Below are positions 12,881 through 25,240 of a DNA stretch of 64,000 nt, one piece after another. The notes below the pieces were generated by a model. It did not search any database, was not told the origin of the DNA, and saw only the letters and a program-made list of their open reading frames with translations. The position numbers and the translations under genes were made by a program. The stretch spans positions 128,960,001 to 129,024,000 of the forward strand of contig NC_086105.1 in the NCBI RefSeq assembly GCF_963921235.1, written 5' to 3'. Each line of letters begins with the position of its first letter. Positions within the stretch are counted from its first letter, which is position 1. This stretch comes from Mobula hypostoma (lineage: Eukaryota).

Positions 12881-13473
12881 CAGACATCCCACCTCTCCCG
12901 GAAATTCCGGGAGTCTCCCGCATATTAATAGTGGCTCCCTGATACCCGTAAATTATGTACAATATCATGGAAATCAATTTTTTTGAGAGTGAGCATGAAA
13001 GCCAGAGAGAGAAAGCAAGAGAGAGCACGAGAGTGACCACGAGAGAGAGAGCGCGCGAGAGAGAAAACAAGCAAGAGCGCGAGTGACCACGAGAGAGAGA
13101 GAGCACGAGCAAAAGCGCGCCATGGCAGAGTGTTTCAAAAAAAGAAAATATAAAATGTTCTTCACCCCAGACTACACTAAGGTGTACCCCTGCCTAATAG
13201 GGGTCAAAATAATGATAGTGTTGCTCACTGCACTGTTTGCAACAGTGACTTTTCTATTGCCCATGGTGGGTTAAGACTGTAAAAGACATGTTGAGGTCAG
13301 TTTAACAGGTGTCATTCGTTCATTAGCATAGCTAATGTTATTTAAACTAGCTGGCTAGCTGCTAAGGAGCTACTCTATTGCAGACATCCCACCTCTCCCG
13401 GAAGTTCCGGGAGTCTCCCGCAAATTGACGGTGCTACCTCCCTGAAATGAGTTTTTGCAGGGTGGGGTGTCTG
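12881..13473. mobile_element. Putative non-autonomous DNA transposon with a repeated terminus
   Basis: CAGACATCCCACC at 12881 and 13381, inverted GGTGGGGTGTCTG ending 13473; about 42-nt direct repeat; no TSD found. Confidence 0.5.
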
Positions 13474-13478
13474 AAATT

Positions 13479-13912
13479 GTGAGAGTCAGGCTTTGAGGCA
13501 AGGACTAGGCCTCAAAGCCATGGATTCACCTAGTGAGAGAGGGCGTCACAGTGAAGACTGGGCCTCAAATCCACAGATTCACCTAGTGAGAGTCAGTTGT
13601 CAGGGAGAGGACTGGGCCTCCAAGCATAGGTGTGGCCTAGTGAGAGTCAGACTTCAGGGAGAGGACTGGGCCTCAAAGTCATGGATTCACCTTGTGAGAG
13701 TCAGGATTGCAGTGAGGACTGGGCCTCAAAGCCACAGATTCACTTTATGAGAGTCTGGCATCAGGGTGACAACTGTGCCTCAAAGTCAGAGGTTCACCTA
13801 GCAAGAGTCAGACGTTGGGGTGAGGTCTGGGCCCCCTAGCCACAGATTCACTTTATGAGAGTCTGGCGTCAGGTCGAGGACTGGCCTCAAAGCCATGCAT
13901 TCAGCTAGTGAG
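13479..13912. repeat. About 54-bp minisatellite x8, diverged
   Basis: GTGAGAG at 13479, 13533, 13586, 13640, 13694...; GAGGACTGGGCCTCAAAG core. Confidence 0.85.
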
Positions 13913-14044
13913 GATGACAATGACAATTAAACTTGACTTGAATTGAAGTTATTAAGGTCACTCCTTCAATAAGGAGGTAAATAAGTCTACCATACTCCAG
14001 ATGTGGTCTCACTACTGCCCTGTATAACTGAAGCACAACTTCTC

Positions 14045-15430
14045 TCCCTTTTGATTCGAAACGCCTTAAGCAGGTCTCTAACCCAATAGTTAAATATGCT
14101 TTGCGCATTTGGTTTCAATTCAGAAAATTTTTTGATCTTAATCAATTCGGGTTAGCGATTCCTAGTTTAGGTAACATATTTTTTCCTCCCTCTTTTACGG
14201 ATCGCGCTTTTCAAACCTGGAAGACTAAGGGTATTTTACGGTTTTTGGATTTATTTTTAGATGGTTCCCTTATGTCTTTTGAACAATTATCTAATAAATA
14301 TAATTTATCAAGAATACATTTTTTTAGATACTTACAAGTTAGAAATTTCCTAAGTACTATACTTTCTTCCTTTCCAATGCTTCCTCCTACATATATTTTA
14401 GATTCGATAATTAACCTCAATCCATGTCAGAAAGGTGCATCGGCTATGATTTATAATATTATTATGAAACTTAGGAAAGCTCCATTTGATAAGATTAGGG
14501 TAGATTGGGAACAGGAATTGGGGCTCACCATTTCTGTGGATGATTGGGGGCAGATTTTACAATTAGTTAATACTTCCTCTATTTGTGCTAAACATTCCCT
14601 AATTCAATTTAAAGTGGTTCATAGAGCACATATGTCCAAAGATAAGTTAGCGCGTTTTTACTCGCATATTAATCCTTTTTGTGATAGATGTTCGGGGCAG
14701 ATAGCCTCTTTAACTCATATGTTTTGGTCTTGTCCTACTTTGGAAACTTTTTGGAGAGATATTTTTAATATTATTTCTAAGGTATTAAATATAGATATCT
14801 CTCCTCACCCTATTACTGCTATCTTTGGACTTCCTAAAATTTCTAGTAATCTTTCCCCTTCAGCCCGTAGAATGATCGCATTTCTTACTTTAACGGCGAA
14901 GAGGTGTATTTTACAACATTGGAAAGAGCTTAATGCTCCAACTACCTTTTTTTGGTTCTCTCAGACGATTTTATGTTTGAATCTGGAGAAAATTAGAAGC
15001 AACCTTTATGATTCTTCATTTAAATTTGAACAGATTTGGGGACCTTTTATTCGATACTTTCATTTAATGTAATACATACCCTTCTTGTTTTTTTTCACTG
15101 TTTTTAAAGGAGGTCGGGATTGAGGACGTGATTTTAAGTTTAACTCTGTTTGGTTTCAAGTTAGCCCATTGCTTTGCTTTGCTTTTAGTTAGTTGCACGG
15201 TGGGTTTTTTTTGGGGGTTTTTTTTTCTTTTTTTTTCCATTGATATATATATATAAAATTTAGTATACTATTATGTTATCTTGGTTTTTTATGTTTAAAT
15301 TACATTGTTTGTAGTATTTTTTTTGGTATTGATACCTTCTGGAATTCTATTATATTTTAACATTGTATTAATGTTTATATGGTTTACCTTTTTGTATACT
15401 TATTCAATAAAAAGATTTAAAAAGAAAGAA
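14045..15430 (+). mobile_element. L1-clade LINE, 5'-truncated (ORF2 C-terminus 14101-15072 plus 3' UTR and A-rich tail)
   Basis: Uninterrupted frame with NPIV..LRIWFQ, QFKVVHR and CDRC..HMFWSC zinc finger; T-rich UTR, AATAAA; possible TSD AACTTCTC (14037-14044 / 15429-15436). Confidence 0.88.
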
Positions 15431-16007
15431 CTTCTCACTTTTCAAAGTTCAAGTTCAAAATCCAAAGTAAATTTATTATCAAAGTACATATATGTCAGCA
15501 TATACAACCCTGAGATTCATTTTCTTGCAGGCAATTCATAATAGAATCAATGAAAGACCGCACCAACTTGGGCATTCATCCAGCATGCAAAAGACAACAA
15601 ACTGCAAATACCAAAATAAAGAAATAATAATAATAATAAGTAATAACTATCGAGAAGGAGATGAAGTTTCATCAAGAAGCTTTGTATTTAATTCTGGTCT
15701 TTCCCAATTACTTGCATGCATACATTTTGCAAATCATGTACTGGGACACCCAGATGTATCTTCACTTCAGCCCTCAGCAATCTCTCACTTTTTAGATTTA
15801 TTTTTCTTCCTGCTAAAATTTCCTATTTTCCGATGCAGTACTTCATTTGCTGGCTCTTTGCCCATTTACTAAATCCATCCATACATCTTTCTGAATTCTT
15901 CTTGTCCTCTTTACAACTTACTTCCTATCTACCTCTGGGTTTCTGAATGTTTTTACTTTGCAAAGCTACAACAGATAATTTACTTTAAGTGTCCGATGAA
16001 ACCTTAC

Positions 16008-16119
16008 CTGCATACAAGTCACTGAGCGCTCCTGCTAGCACTTTGTAGGCACAGGTTTTACCACCCAAAGGATCACCAACAATCATAAACCCATGACGTA
16101 CTAACATCATTTCATAAAT
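16008..16119 (-). CDS. DNAH3: DNAH3 exon 27, AAA2 P-loop ([22 protein letters not shown])
   Basis: gacag| / |gtaag, 112 nt, phase 0->1. Confidence 0.94.
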
Positions 16120-17137
16120 CTGTCGAAGGAAATCATAGGTTAACCAGTTATAACAGAATACTTCACTTCAGTAACCATGTTTTATTTACAGAATCACAGG
16201 TGCAGGAGCAAAAAAAAACACAAAAATTTATACAACGGTCAATTTTATATACTCAACACTGACAAGCAATTCCAAACTTTTGTCAGCCTATGTCCAATTC
16301 AACTTTTGTTCACAGAACAACAGCACGCAGCAATGTGTATCTGACCATGCAAAAGGTCAACATTGCACCAGTCCTGAAGAACGGTTTATCATTGATGCTA
16401 GACCTCGCCCTCTCCGTGTGCTCAACATAAAGGGCGATAGTCAGGTTCGTTATATTCTGTACATCCTCAGGAATTCTCTTTCAATGAGCTAGAGACACAA
16501 AGATACACACAGAAGGGAACATCTTCACCACCTTTCCTCTCCTAGTTGTGCACCATCCAGGATCATCCAACATAAGAGTACTTTGTTGGAAGGGAGATAA
16601 AGGTAGTTCCCATTGACTAAATCTACAAATTAACATTGCATTTTGCTCCACCTTTATGCAAGCAAGTTATTTTATTGGCAACAAAGGCATGCACTTCAAC
16701 ATCTGTCATAGCAATGTACATTTTTAAGCTGTGGCATATCTGATCAATTTTGTTTTTACTGTCATCTGATGTCCTTTTCATGATGAATGCTTCAATACAT
16801 TCAGGTGCAGCAGTGTGAAAGCTCAAAGGGAAAAAAAAACTATATGTTCATATTTATTTGGCAACACAACATTCTAGTTCATTTCACTAAATTAGCCATC
16901 TGTGGATGAACACAGTATTAGTGTTGTTTATGCCTCCCGTAAAAACCAGCCCCGTAAGCATCAAGAAACAACCTATTTTGCCGTTTGAAAGTGGATAGTA
17001 TGGTGGGACAAACATACTACTAACACAACCAGAAAAGTAAATTCCGATCATCAGAAATCAGCAGCTACCATAAACATGTACTACTTAAAAAAATCATGTC
17101 AAAGGAATGATGACCAAGTTAAAACAATTAAAATGAC

Positions 17138-17272
17138 CTGAATAATCTTCTCAATAAACCACGGAACCGGCTGTAGTTTCATTTTCTTGATGTTGTCCTT
17201 CAATGCCTTAAGAAAGACCTCACGTTCTGGTACAGGGAGCACCACACCAGGGAACAGGTCAGATATAATGCC
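17138..17272 (-). CDS. DNAH3: DNAH3 exon 26 (GIISDLFPG...FIEKIIQ)
   Basis: tttag| / |gtcat, 135 nt, phase 0->0. Confidence 0.93.
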
Positions 17273-17570
17273 CTAAAGTAATGAGACAGACAGGCTTCAT
17301 CGTAACTATAAAAAGCTTACATTGAAAGAAGCATTTTCCCATTTTTACGAAGTCCTTCACAAACAAGAAGCCTTGGTGAAGTGTACCATAATAGTGCAGA
17401 AACACAATAGAACATTTTTGAAGAGCACGGTTCTGCAAACAGAAACAAATGACTGAATGGCCAGTTTAATACCTCTGGCTTAAAGTACAATTATAGCTTT
17501 GTAAGTGTTTCACACCAGTTTCTCAGCACTACACAATAAAGAAAAAGAATTTAAATTATATGTTTTGGTG

Positions 17571-18120
17571 AACACAAAAGATCCTGCAGATGCTGGAAAT
17601 CCAGAGCAACACACACACACACACACAATGCTGGAGGAACACAGCAGGTCAGGCAGTGTGTTTGTGCCCTTGAGCAGGGCACTTAATCACACATTGCTCT
17701 AGTGTCTGTGTGAGGAGTGGCGCCCCACACAGACTTCCAATCTGCGCCTTGTAAGGCATGAAAATGCCCAACGCAGGCCTCTCATGGTCTGAGTTGACGT
17801 TCTCTCCCTCCCCCCCGCCCCAGGCAGCATATATGGAAATGAATATTCCGTCAATGCTTTGGGCCGAGACCCTTCTTCAGGACTGGTAAGGAAGGGGAAA
17901 GATACCAGAATAAGGTGAGGGGAGGGGAAGGGGGACAAGCTAAAATCTGATAGGTGGAGTCAGGTGAGTGGGGGGGGAGATTGAAGTAAAAAGCTGGGAG
18001 GTGATAAGTGGAAATGGCAAAGGGCTAGAGAAGAAGGAATCTGATAGGAGAGGAGAGTGGATCATGGAAGAAAAGGAAGGAGGAGGGGCACTAGGGGGAG
18101 GTGATAGACAGGTGAGGAGA
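17571..18120 (-). mobile_element. Penelope pseudo-LTR (minus) interrupted by a SINE
   Basis: Family signature; degenerate hammerhead motif at about 17850-17886. Confidence 0.75.
17657..17820 (+). mobile_element. 5'-truncated SINE
   Basis: TSD CAGGCAG (17650-17656 / 17821-17827); GTGCCCTTGAGCAGGGCACTTAA core shared with the SINE at 29043-29341. Confidence 0.7.
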
Positions 18121-18136
18121 TCACTCTGCTTGGCAC

Positions 18137-18962
18137 CTCTCCCTCACTCCCCATGGTGTCTCCCTCTCTCCCCGTGATTCCTCTCCCTCACTCCCTGTGA
18201 TTCCTCTCCCTCACTCCTCGTAGTGTCCCTTTCCCTCGCTCCCCGTGGTGTCTCTCCCTCACTCCCCGTGGTGTCTCTCCCTCACTCCCTGTGGCGTCCC
18301 TCTCCCTCACTCTCCGTGGTGTCTCTCTGTTACTCCCCGTGGTGTCTCTCCCTCACTCCCCGAGGTGTCTCTCCCTCACTCCCTGTGGTGTCCCCCTCCC
18401 TCACTCCCCGTGGTGTCTCTCCCTCATTCCCCGTGGTGTCTCTCCCTCACTCCCCGAGGTGTCTCTCCCTCACTCCTCGTAGTGTCCCTCTCCCTCGCTC
18501 CCCGTGGTGTCTCTCCCTCACTCCCTGTGGTCTCTCCCTCACTCCTCGTAGTGTCCCTCTCCCTCACTCCCTGTGGTGACTCTCCCTCACTCCCCGTGGT
18601 GACTCTCCCTCACTCCCTGTGATGCCTCTCCCTCACTCCTCGTAGTGTCCCTCTCCCTCGCTCCCCGTGGTGTCTCTCCTTCACTCCCCGTGGTGCCTCT
18701 CTCTCACTTCCTGAGGTGACTCTCCCTCACTCCTTGAGGTGCCTCTCCCTCACTCCCCATGGTGCCTCTCCCTCACTCCCTGTGGTGCCTCTCCCTCACT
18801 CCCTGAGGTGACTCTCCCTCACTCCCCGAGGTGACTCTCCCTCACTTCCCGAGGTGTCTCTCCCTCACTCCCCGAGGTGACTCTCCCTCACTCCCCGAGG
18901 TGTCTCTCCCTCACTCCCCGAGGTGTCTCTCCTTCACTCCCCGAGGTGCCTCTCCCTCACTC
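18137..18962. repeat. 23-bp minisatellite, about 36 copies (CTCTCCCTCACTCCCCGTGGTGT)
   Basis: Direct periodicity of 23 nt with 24-nt variants. Confidence 0.95.
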
Positions 18963-19145
18963 ACCTGACTTCACCTATCACCTTCTAGTGTGTCCTCCTT
19001 CTTCACCTCCTACCTTCTTATTCTGGCACCTTCCCCCTTTGCTTTCCAGCCCTGATGAAGGGGTTCGGCCCGAAACATCGGCTGGTTTTTCATTTCTGTA
19101 GATGCCGCCTGACCTGCGAGTTGTTCCAGCATGCTGTGTGTGTGG
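18955..19145 (+). mobile_element. Penelope pseudo-LTR (plus)
   Basis: Family signature; inverted relative to 17571-18120. Confidence 0.75.
19046..19085 (+). ncRNA. Candidate minimal type-I hammerhead ribozyme in a Penelope pseudo-LTR
   Basis: CCAGCC-CUGAUGA-A-GGG(GUUCGG)CCC-GAAAC-AUC-GGCUGG: helix I 6 bp, conserved core, helix II 3 bp, NUH site. Confidence 0.6.
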
Positions 19146-19928
19146 TATACGTTCTGGTGAACAACTTCCTCCTATAACACTGTGCTGAAATTGTCAGATT
19201 TACTGGGGCAATCAAAAAAATTCACCGAAAATCCACCACATAGATGGCTAATTGGACCACAATGTCTACGCTTGATGAGAAAGAAGCTATGAAGTCAAAT
19301 TGCATCTTCTATCACTTGGTCTGTAACCCTAAAGTATGGTCAGGATTTCTGCCTTCAGTCAGTTTCTACCAACATTAGGATGAAAACATTTTTCCTCATC
19401 CTCCCACTAATCCAGCCATCAATTGCATTAATCTGTATCCTCACTGCCCAATGTCCCCATGCAATTGGTTTTAGTAAAAGAAAAATCGGTCCTTACCTCT
19501 TTCATCGAAGCCCTTCATTATTTTACACATCAATTAAGTCTATTTTAGACATTTTTGTTATAAAGAAATTAACTCCATCTTATTCAATCTTTCCTTATAG
19601 TTACAAGTTTCCAGTCCTTGCAACATCTTTATAAATCTCCTCTGCACCTTCCTCAGTACAACCAAATCCTTCCTATAACAGGGATACTCAACAATAAACA
19701 ATAGTTAAACTTAGGGATTTTTTTTGTTTTTATCTAATTCTTAACATTATGGCTAATCACTTTCACGAATGCACTATGTCTCGTCAATGTTTGATAATTA
19801 ATGTCACGAAGATCTATTTATAAGAAATTAGCTGTGCCACGCAGACTCACCCCCCCCTGGGTTTTTTCTTAGCCACAACCCCCTCTCCCCCCCGCCACCC
19901 CTACCCCTAAGGTTTCTTGATACTGTAC

Positions 19929-20148
19929 CTGAAACAGTGGTACATCCTGGGCCAAGAACTTGGCTAAGTTCACATCCAGCAGGGCCTGCAGCAACAGCAC
20001 ACTCTCATCCTGAGCTGTAAATTTCAGCTTCAGGTTCCCAGCTGCCGTGAGGACAGACTTCACTGCACGCATGCCGTAATCATAGTGATGCTGCGATGAT
20101 AACTGCTCAGAGCACAGGCGATAGGTAGCCACGATCTTCTGAGAAAGG
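19929..20148 (-). CDS. DNAH3: DNAH3 exon 25 (LSQKIVATY...[13 protein letters not shown]...DVPLFQ)
   Basis: cccag| / |gtaca, 220 nt, phase 2->0. Confidence 0.94.
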
Positions 20149-21464
20149 CTGGGGAAGGGAGTATTCCAGGTGAGGGCCGATGGGGAGTGACAGCAATGAC
20201 ACATAGCTAAAATAATTGTGTCAGACAAAATTAAACAATAATCATGTACAGAATGAACAAGTGATGAGACATAACTAGTGATCCTTTGAGCCAAGCAGTC
20301 ACATCACGTAATACTGTACTTTAAAGATGCAGTCCTGGGATTTTGAAAGAACACAATTCTTCCAAATTTAGTTTAATTTGTATAGTCAGATTACTTGAAC
20401 CAGAACAAAAGCAAAAGGCATGCAGATAGACCTTAAAAAATGGCCATTGTAAGTATGTAGCAGTCTGAAGGACCTGTCATAATGTCACACATTATTGTGC
20501 AAACTTAATTATATAACCCATGTGCATCAGCCCTCCTATCAGTAATTTCTGCTGCTGATGTAGAGACAGGGAAGGGGGTCACTCAATTTAAGTAACTCCA
20601 CTAAAGCTCCTGCATCATTAGTATTTTTTTTGCCAAAGGCAAGACCAAGTCTGCAGCCGGAGCTGCTATGGTGATCCAGAGTACATGGCAGGAATGTGAT
20701 TTCCACAGACTACACCCCTGAGTTGTCAAATGTTGAGCCTAAGTACCTTCAAGAATTTCTGTATCCTGGCCAAGTCTTCATCCCTTCTGATCCTTGCAAA
20801 TTTATTTGGGGAATATAAGGAAAGGCCATGGATTCTCAGTCATAAAATATCATCATAAGGACATACTCTTCATGATAAAGGTCACATTAACACTGATTCT
20901 GATACAATACCTTGGCAGATGTGGCTTCCACAACTGTGCTGCTCCAAAGAGCGCTACATGAGGTCATTCTTACCCTCGGCCATTCGGCTCTACAATGAGT
21001 CAACCTATATCCAGGGAGGTGATGACTCCCTCCTGTTAGTCTGTTTGAGGTAACTTATTTTTTTATTCTTTCTTACTTCTCTTCTAACATTTGCATACTT
21101 GTATATCTGTGCACTTGTAATGCTACTGTGACACTGTAATTTCCTTTGGGATCAAGAAAGTATCTATCTATCTATCTTCCATTGGTCACAACTGGTATGT
21201 AGCCCTGCAACTTCAAAGAAAGGAGTTACTTCCTGCATCAGCTGGACAAAGCTCGAGACAGGAGGAGACCAGAACAAACTGTCCAAGGTGGACAAGTGAT
21301 AGGCAAAGCGCCCATCTTTTGTCGATAACGAGCTGGCCTCATACAGAATGCAGGCACCAGATACGGCTCATCAATTGCATTTGTTTCCACTGGGATGCGG
21401 ATACAAGATCTACTGCTATACTTCAAAGGGGATCTAAGATAATTTAAATATATGTAATTTTTAC

Positions 21465-21556
21465 CTTCGTGAGTCAATGAACCCCATTGAATAAAGGGAA
21501 ATTTCACCAATCAGAGCATAGTCTGGAACCATCATCGCCACTGTACGGAATAACGC
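21465..21556 (-). CDS. DNAH3: DNAH3 exon 24 ([13 protein letters not shown]...GFIDSR)
   Basis: tccag| / |gtaaa, 92 nt, phase 0->2. Confidence 0.94.
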
Positions 21557-22262
21557 CTGGAAGGGAACAGCACAGGTGAAAACATTCTCTTTCACCAGAT
21601 CCAGTTGTTTATGTCCTGAGAAGGAAATTTATCTAAGCACCAAATTAGGTACAGTATCTTGTTCACTTTAATACTTGGCATTGTCAATATAATAACAACC
21701 ATGGCTGGTGCATTCAAAATGCAAAACTGACTTGCACATGGAGTTTATTTGGTTATCTACAAATTTAGATTCAAAAACTCTGTTGCAGGGATCTCAAAGT
21801 CTTTCGACACACCACTCATTGCTTATAAATACTGTAGTGTTTTTAAGTGTGTTTACTGAGTATACGAGATATATTAAATATCGTTAGACCAGACAATGAT
21901 TTAGCTGAGAGCTCACTCTTCAGTTAAAGATGCTCCATTGATAACTCTGACACTGTTCTTTGCCTTTACTAGGGCAAGATGGTAAGAAGTAGGGGGGAAA
22001 TTTCCTTTTGGGGAAGCGAAAAAGAAACAAAATAACTTTGAGCTCCATTTCTGTAAGTAAAATCAGAGATTTCAGTCTTCAAATGACTAAGTACATGTTT
22101 CAAAAACAAACAGCTGGGAAATCAACCCGCATCAAATAATGGTAGAAATGCATTTATATCTTTCTATTTGTTTTAACTCAAAATAATTTGATATTATTTC
22201 CAAACAATTTTCAGAATTTGGACTTGTTTGAACATCGTCAAATCAGAAAGTAAAAGCCTTAC

Positions 22263-22439
22263 CTTAAGGTTGTCTGGAAGTTCTGCCCGACCAGCATAGC
22301 CAGGATTCATAGTTATAAAGACTGAACAGGTTGGGTTGAGAGAAATTTCAGTACCTTCAAAGAGAAATGTTTTAAGTTTCCGTATAATTGCTTGCTGAAT
22401 GCTGAGAATCTGCTGTGCAACCACAGACAGCACTTCAAC
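22263..22439 (-). CDS. DNAH3: DNAH3 exon 23 ([10 protein letters not shown]...[16 protein letters not shown])
   Basis: tccag| / |gtaag, 177 nt, phase 0->0. Confidence 0.95.
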
Positions 22440-22489
22440 CTGGAGATCAAAACAACAACTCAATGGTGAGACCTTTCAGAGTAATTTTA

Positions 22490-22925
22490 CCCACCCCCCA
22501 TCTCCTTTTTCCAATTCCCCATTCTGGCTCACCCCTTAACGTTTCTCTTCTCACCTGCCCATTACCTCCTTCTGGTGCTCCTCCTTCCTCCCTTTCTCTT
22601 CCTCCCTCCCTTTCCACTCCTTCCCTTTCTCCTCCTCCCTCCTCTCCTCCCCTATCGTGCTTCTTCAGCCCTTTACCTCTCCTATTGTATCATCTTTCAA
22701 CATCTCACTTCATCCCTCCCCCACCCACCTACCTTCCCCCTCAACTGATTTCACCTATCATTCGCCAGCTTGTATTCCCTCCCCCTCACACTTCTTATTC
22801 CAGCTTCTTCCCCCTTCCTTTCCAATCCTGATGAAGGGCCTCCGCCCAAAACATCAACTGTTAATTCCCCTCCACAGATGCTGCCTGACCAGTTGAGCTT
22901 CTCCAGCATTTTATGTTTGTTGCTC
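22490..22925 (+). mobile_element. Penelope pseudo-LTR with expanded polypyrimidine tract
   Basis: Same organisation as 1-475; CTGATGA present but GAAA changed to AAAA. Confidence 0.75.
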
Positions 22926-24505
22926 TGTGACCTTTAATGCTTTGTATAACCTCCAGCTCTTTTCTCTTTCATTGTGTAAGCCATAAAGGATAAAATAATA
23001 ATATTGTGCAGGATGAAGATATTTTGAAGAATGTGACATATCCTAAAAGATGAAAATATGCCATTACAAAAAAAATCACCTCAACAGTTCCGCAACAACT
23101 GCCAAGTAATTTGGAAAACCCAATAAGTGACCGTTGCCAAAGTCTGAGCAGAGGCCATACGTAGGCCTCCTTGGGCTTCCCAGATTACCGAAGGACGATG
23201 ATACTTGTGCTTAAAAATGAAACCAGCTAACAAATCTCCTCCATTAATGATAATGCGGTCTTTTGAGCAGCAGCAAGACACTCACGGGAAATGGGGGCTG
23301 TTTAAAAGTGTGTGTTGGATTGAAGAGTATTACTGTCATTCTGTTGGCAATTCTATCAGAGGTCTGAGCAAAGAACGACAGCCTCTCTCTAAGAATCTTG
23401 AGGCAGCAGAGGTCCAGGAAGCTGAGTAATCAGATTCAGTTGTTTCCTTCTAAACTGGGATGAGGAACTTTGAGCCTCATAAACCAAGCTCCCACTATTT
23501 GTATTCAGAACCACCTTTGCCACAAAGGAGAAAATGTCAGTTTACACCATGGCCTGCAATGAGTTGAACATACAAGTTTAGTCAAGAGCTAAATGAATGG
23601 AATAGCAGGCCTGGGAGACAAAGTGGCCTCTACACTTTCCTGTACACTAAAGTTTCTATGTAGTCAGAGCAAAGGCCATTACAATTCCATGAAATTATGT
23701 ACTTGTTCCTCAGGTGTCTGTGCCTATCTATTATAGGCAAGTTCATTTGTCTTTGTTATCAAATACAAAATTTACATGTTGTTCTTAAATCTTTTAAAAC
23801 CCTGTGCCTTTTTCACAAAATGTCGTGATCGTGTTCCTGAGTTAATCTGAGTATTTCAGGACATTTTGTGACATTAAGGATATTATGAAAATGGAAATTG
23901 CTAATGTTCTTGGATTGGAATAGGTAATCTTCAAACCTACTACAGGAATATGGCTGATTTAATCCATGGCTTGTGCTGAGTTAGTTGTTCAGTCAGACAG
24001 CATTAAATTTGGCCACATTACACCTCTGCTACTGAGCAAAAAAAAGTACAAGCAAGAGTTCCTGCTGCTTATCGTTCGTCAGTAATCTCTGCTGAAGAGA
24101 CTGGGTATAAACTTTGGTCAAGGACAACCTCAAATAATCTTTTTTACTTTACTCTTTAGTTATCCATGAGGGGTTAAATCCAGTGACACTGATTGCTTTG
24201 GTCCATTTGATAAAGAGTTGGTGAATGGTTAACGGAACCATCGACTGGCAATGATTTATGACTCAGGAGAGAATGGGAAACAATTAGATTTTTTTTAAAA
24301 GGAGGACCAAAATAAACAAAAGAAAATAACAGCAAAGGAACCTTAGCTTAAATAATGTTTTCAAATGTATTAGTAAATGAGTGCAAAAGTGTAAAAACTG
24401 AGATCTATGCAAACTCTCCAGCTCACTGAACTTTCTGTTTACTGCATCGTTAATTAAGTAAATATTGTAACTAAAAAGTCATTATCTTCCTGTCTAAGTA
24501 ATTAC

Positions 24506-24619
24506 CTCTATTCTGTTGAACTCATCAAAGCAGGCCCAGGCTCCAGCTTGAGCAAGACCCTTGAAAAATTTGCCCATTGCTTTGTAATCCAGACCATCAG
24601 AGCAGTTGAAAACTACACA
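24506..24619 (-). CDS. DNAH3: DNAH3 exon 22 ([12 protein letters not shown]...[11 protein letters not shown])
   Basis: tgcag| / |gtaat, 114 nt, phase 0->0; Walker B. Confidence 0.95.
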
Positions 24620-25240
24620 CTGCAAGAACAAAGAAAAGGCCAGTCTTGTTGAACAACACACTTAAAGGCAATATCTACTCTACATAAATGCAAGCCTCCA
24701 TTCTTTCTTTAAGAAGAGTTTGAGAAAGATTTTTTCCTTTTAGTTTTACGCCATGACACATTACACCAGATTTCTGATCAAGGCCATTACTTGTGGCATC
24801 ATTGAGACAATCTACTGAATTTAGCAATTTTCTTATTAGCCTAGAGCAAAAGCACCATAAAAATGATCACGATATTATAATAAATATATTCTCAAGACTT
24901 CATCTCCAAAGCTCTAATTGCACCATTTAGCCATTATCAGCAAACTGTACTCAGCCTCCGAGGCTCATTAAACGTTAATGAATTGCATTTCACAAGAAGA
25001 ATGCACTGATGTGGCTCGTAGTCAATCCACTGACACTAATGATTGAATTCTAGGTAATAGTTGTTTAGGATATAGGTACAATTGTAATTTTGACCCCCAC
25101 TACCTGGACAGTAATTTGACTGAGCAGATCTCCTACCTACTGTAAAATATGCCTGACTTTTATTCTTCCCACATGACTAAATAATCAACATGATGAACAT
25201 TTTACCACAGTAAGCATTATCTCTGGCCCAGCTGATAGAA

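Noticed and set aside
13479-13912. CRISPR-like repeat/spacer appearance
   Set aside because: Whole 54-bp units are homologous (no unique spacers); vertebrate intron; no cas genes
16366-16400. CCAGTCCTGAAGA resembling a hammerhead start
   Set aside because: No helix II/GAAA or complementary helix I downstream
18223-19101. Overlapping Ser/Pro/Leu-rich ORFs
   Set aside because: Artefacts of the stop-poor 23-bp minisatellite
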